A stretch of DNA of 63,771 nucleotides, counting the filler, from Octopus bimaculoides (taxonomy: Eukaryota), in NCBI RefSeq assembly GCF_001194135.2. It is 7 parts of 7 records of this genome, joined end to end, with 100 filler letters (N's around TTAATTAATTAA, not from the genome) between each part and the next. Parts side by side here need not be neighbours in the genome. Positions count along the whole stretch, not along the records: positions 53,402 to 62,464 come from NC_068996.1; positions 62,565 to 63,771 come from NW_026433824.1; 5 more parts are not named here. The stretch is one strand, 5' to 3'. Positions within the stretch are counted from its first letter, which is position 1. Each line of letters starts with the position of its first letter. This document shows, piece after piece, positions 62,169 through 63,771 of the stretch. The notes under the pieces are model-generated. The model did not search any database. It was not told where the DNA came from and worked only from the letters and a program-made list of their open reading frames with translations. Both the position numbers and the translations under genes were made by a program.

Positions 62169-63109
62169 ATTAGAAAACTCCGAGTAACAGTTTTTTGTTA
62201 TATTTCTGCTGCATACATACATACATACATACATACATACATACATACATGTATATACACACATATATCTATTTAGTGTAATTCAGGTAAAAAAAACTCA
62301 TAACATGCATTTAAAACCATTATATACCAAGAGAATTCAGAGAAATCTAACAGGACTTAACTATATTCCACCCAACAAAGTTTCCAGACAAGGTTGTTGC
62401 TGAAAAATATTCAAGTATATTAAACTATATATTAGTTACAAAGAATGATCTTCTATAATGGCATNNNNNNNNNNNNNNNNNNNNNNNNNNNNNNNNNNNN
62501 NNNNNNNNTTAATTAATTAANNNNNNNNNNNNNNNNNNNNNNNNNNNNNNNNNNNNNNNNNNNNACCTGTGGAACTGAAGCCATAATAAAAAAGTTAAAA
62601 GATGCTCTTTTCCCGGTAAGTCTTCAGAATACAGCATAGCAACGAATAACGAGAATGCGTTGCAACAATGAATAAAGCCAAAGGAGAGAATGTTAAGTGT
62701 GGACAGATTAAGATTATTGGAACTGAAGCAACTAGAAAATGAGTCAATCAATAAATTCCTTCTTGGGATTAATTCTCAAGCTTCCTTGAGAATAAGTTGA
62801 AAGAAAATCCAGAAGAAATCATAAAACTCATTCTCATTGCAGGATTGTCAGCAGCAGAGATAAAGTTAAAGATTTTGGATCAGTTATGGTGTCATTCTAA
62901 AATGAAATACACTGAAATACAATGANNNNNNNNNNGGATCAGTTATGGTGTCATTCTAAAATGAAATACACTGAAATACAATGAACCCTAACCACACTTT
63001 GGTCCCACCTGGTTTCTTATTCTCATTAGTACTCATATACCAAATTTTCCCATGANNNNNNNNNNNNNNNNNNNNNNNNNNNNNNNNNNNNNNNNNNNNN
63101 NNNNNNNNN

Positions 63110-63517
63110 NNTTGCATTTAAACTTTCACCTCCGTAACACAGACCATACCTTCAAATCCACCACTGTATTTCTATGTAAACATAATGCAAACTACTGCCT
63201 AAATTCACCCTTCCTGAAAAAAAAACTCCTTCTGAGAATGACTATATTCACTTATCCACAATTGGACGAAATAACATGGATCTTGGAATACATCACAGGG
63301 AAGTCTGTAGCTTATTCCCCTTCCTATACCCAAATAATTTTAATAAGTTGTGCTTCACTAANNNNNNNNNNGTTGTGCTTCACTAACATCCTCATGTTTG
63401 CTCCTATTCTTTTTCTGACCTTTTCAATAATGACAAACACACTGTACCTATTGTTAACTGTTTCTTATATGTATTAACCTTTCCAACTACTTAGACCCTC
63501 TGAAGAAGCCTAGAGGC
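63110..63517 (+). mobile_element. Possible PLE 3' remnant ending in a truncated hammerhead 5' half
   Basis: CTGAAGA-A-GCC-TAGA-GGC at 63500-63517 with GAAA missing. There is only weak resemblance of NFHLRNT...VFL to PLE ORF termini. Confidence 0.3.
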
Positions 63518-63771
63518 ACATTCATCATCCAAACTTTANNNNNNNNNNCACATTCATCATCCAAACTTTATCTGCCCATCCCTGCAGAACACTGAGGAAA
63601 TGGAGATGGCATGGAGGATTTCGGCAGAAACAGCCATAAGGAACTAGAACCTCCTGTCAATCTGATCTTTTGCTCTTTTCTGTATTATTAGTACACGTGT
63701 GTGTAACATATAGTTATTACATGTGTATGTATTCTTCTAATACTTTCTAATACATTGGAATAAATAGACAT

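Larger units (their letters stand above)
61793..62212 (-). mobile_element. Non-autonomous PLE-derived element with two hammerhead motifs and an inverted terminal arm
   Basis: HHR-like motifs at 62123-62168 and 61887-61923. 62174-62212 is the reverse complement of ~62105-62143. Bounded by (TA)n and (CATA)n. Confidence 0.7.

Noticed and set aside
62590-62635. CTGAAGA...GAAAAGA-GCA-TCTT as a hammerhead
   Set aside because: Stem II is only 1 bp and no stem I pairs.
62876-63570. Short direct duplications (62876-62925/62936-62985, ~63345-63385, ~63517-63570)
   Set aside because: Each pair straddles a 10-N gap, so they are unmerged contig overlaps.

Overview
AT-rich animal genomic DNA, very probably a coleoid cephalopod (Octopus-like; inferred from the SINE families and the extreme microsatellite load). 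No host protein-coding gene can be supported. The window is a patchwork of microsatellites, minisatellites, tRNA-derived SINEs and LINE relics (R4/Dong-type RLE, RTE, CR1-like, an ORF1-only L1/Tx1-like element). It also holds Tc1/mariner elements, a Helitron end and about eight Penelope-like element (PLE) relics. Six 100-nt gaps carry the linker TTAATTAATTAA, so the window is probably seven concatenated scaffolds and adjacency across those gaps is not biological. Most ORFs in the track are microsatellite or N-run artefacts. The main leads are: (1) a repeated module of a tRNA-like Pol III head, (AAT)n and a minimal hammerhead ribozyme (HHR), with PLE hallmarks (1108-1475, 24834-25850); (2) an element with two same-strand HHR motifs carrying non-canonical cores, with cleavage sites 239 nt apart (61793-62212); (3) an ORF1-only LINE inserted with a 15-bp TSD into the A-box region of a SINE head (35254-36938); (4) RLE LINEs repeatedly ending in (CATA)n; (5) a very AT-rich contig with a short motif resembling the giant-virus capsid C-terminus (speculative). 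All calls are by eye, no searches were run, and element boundaries are approximate.
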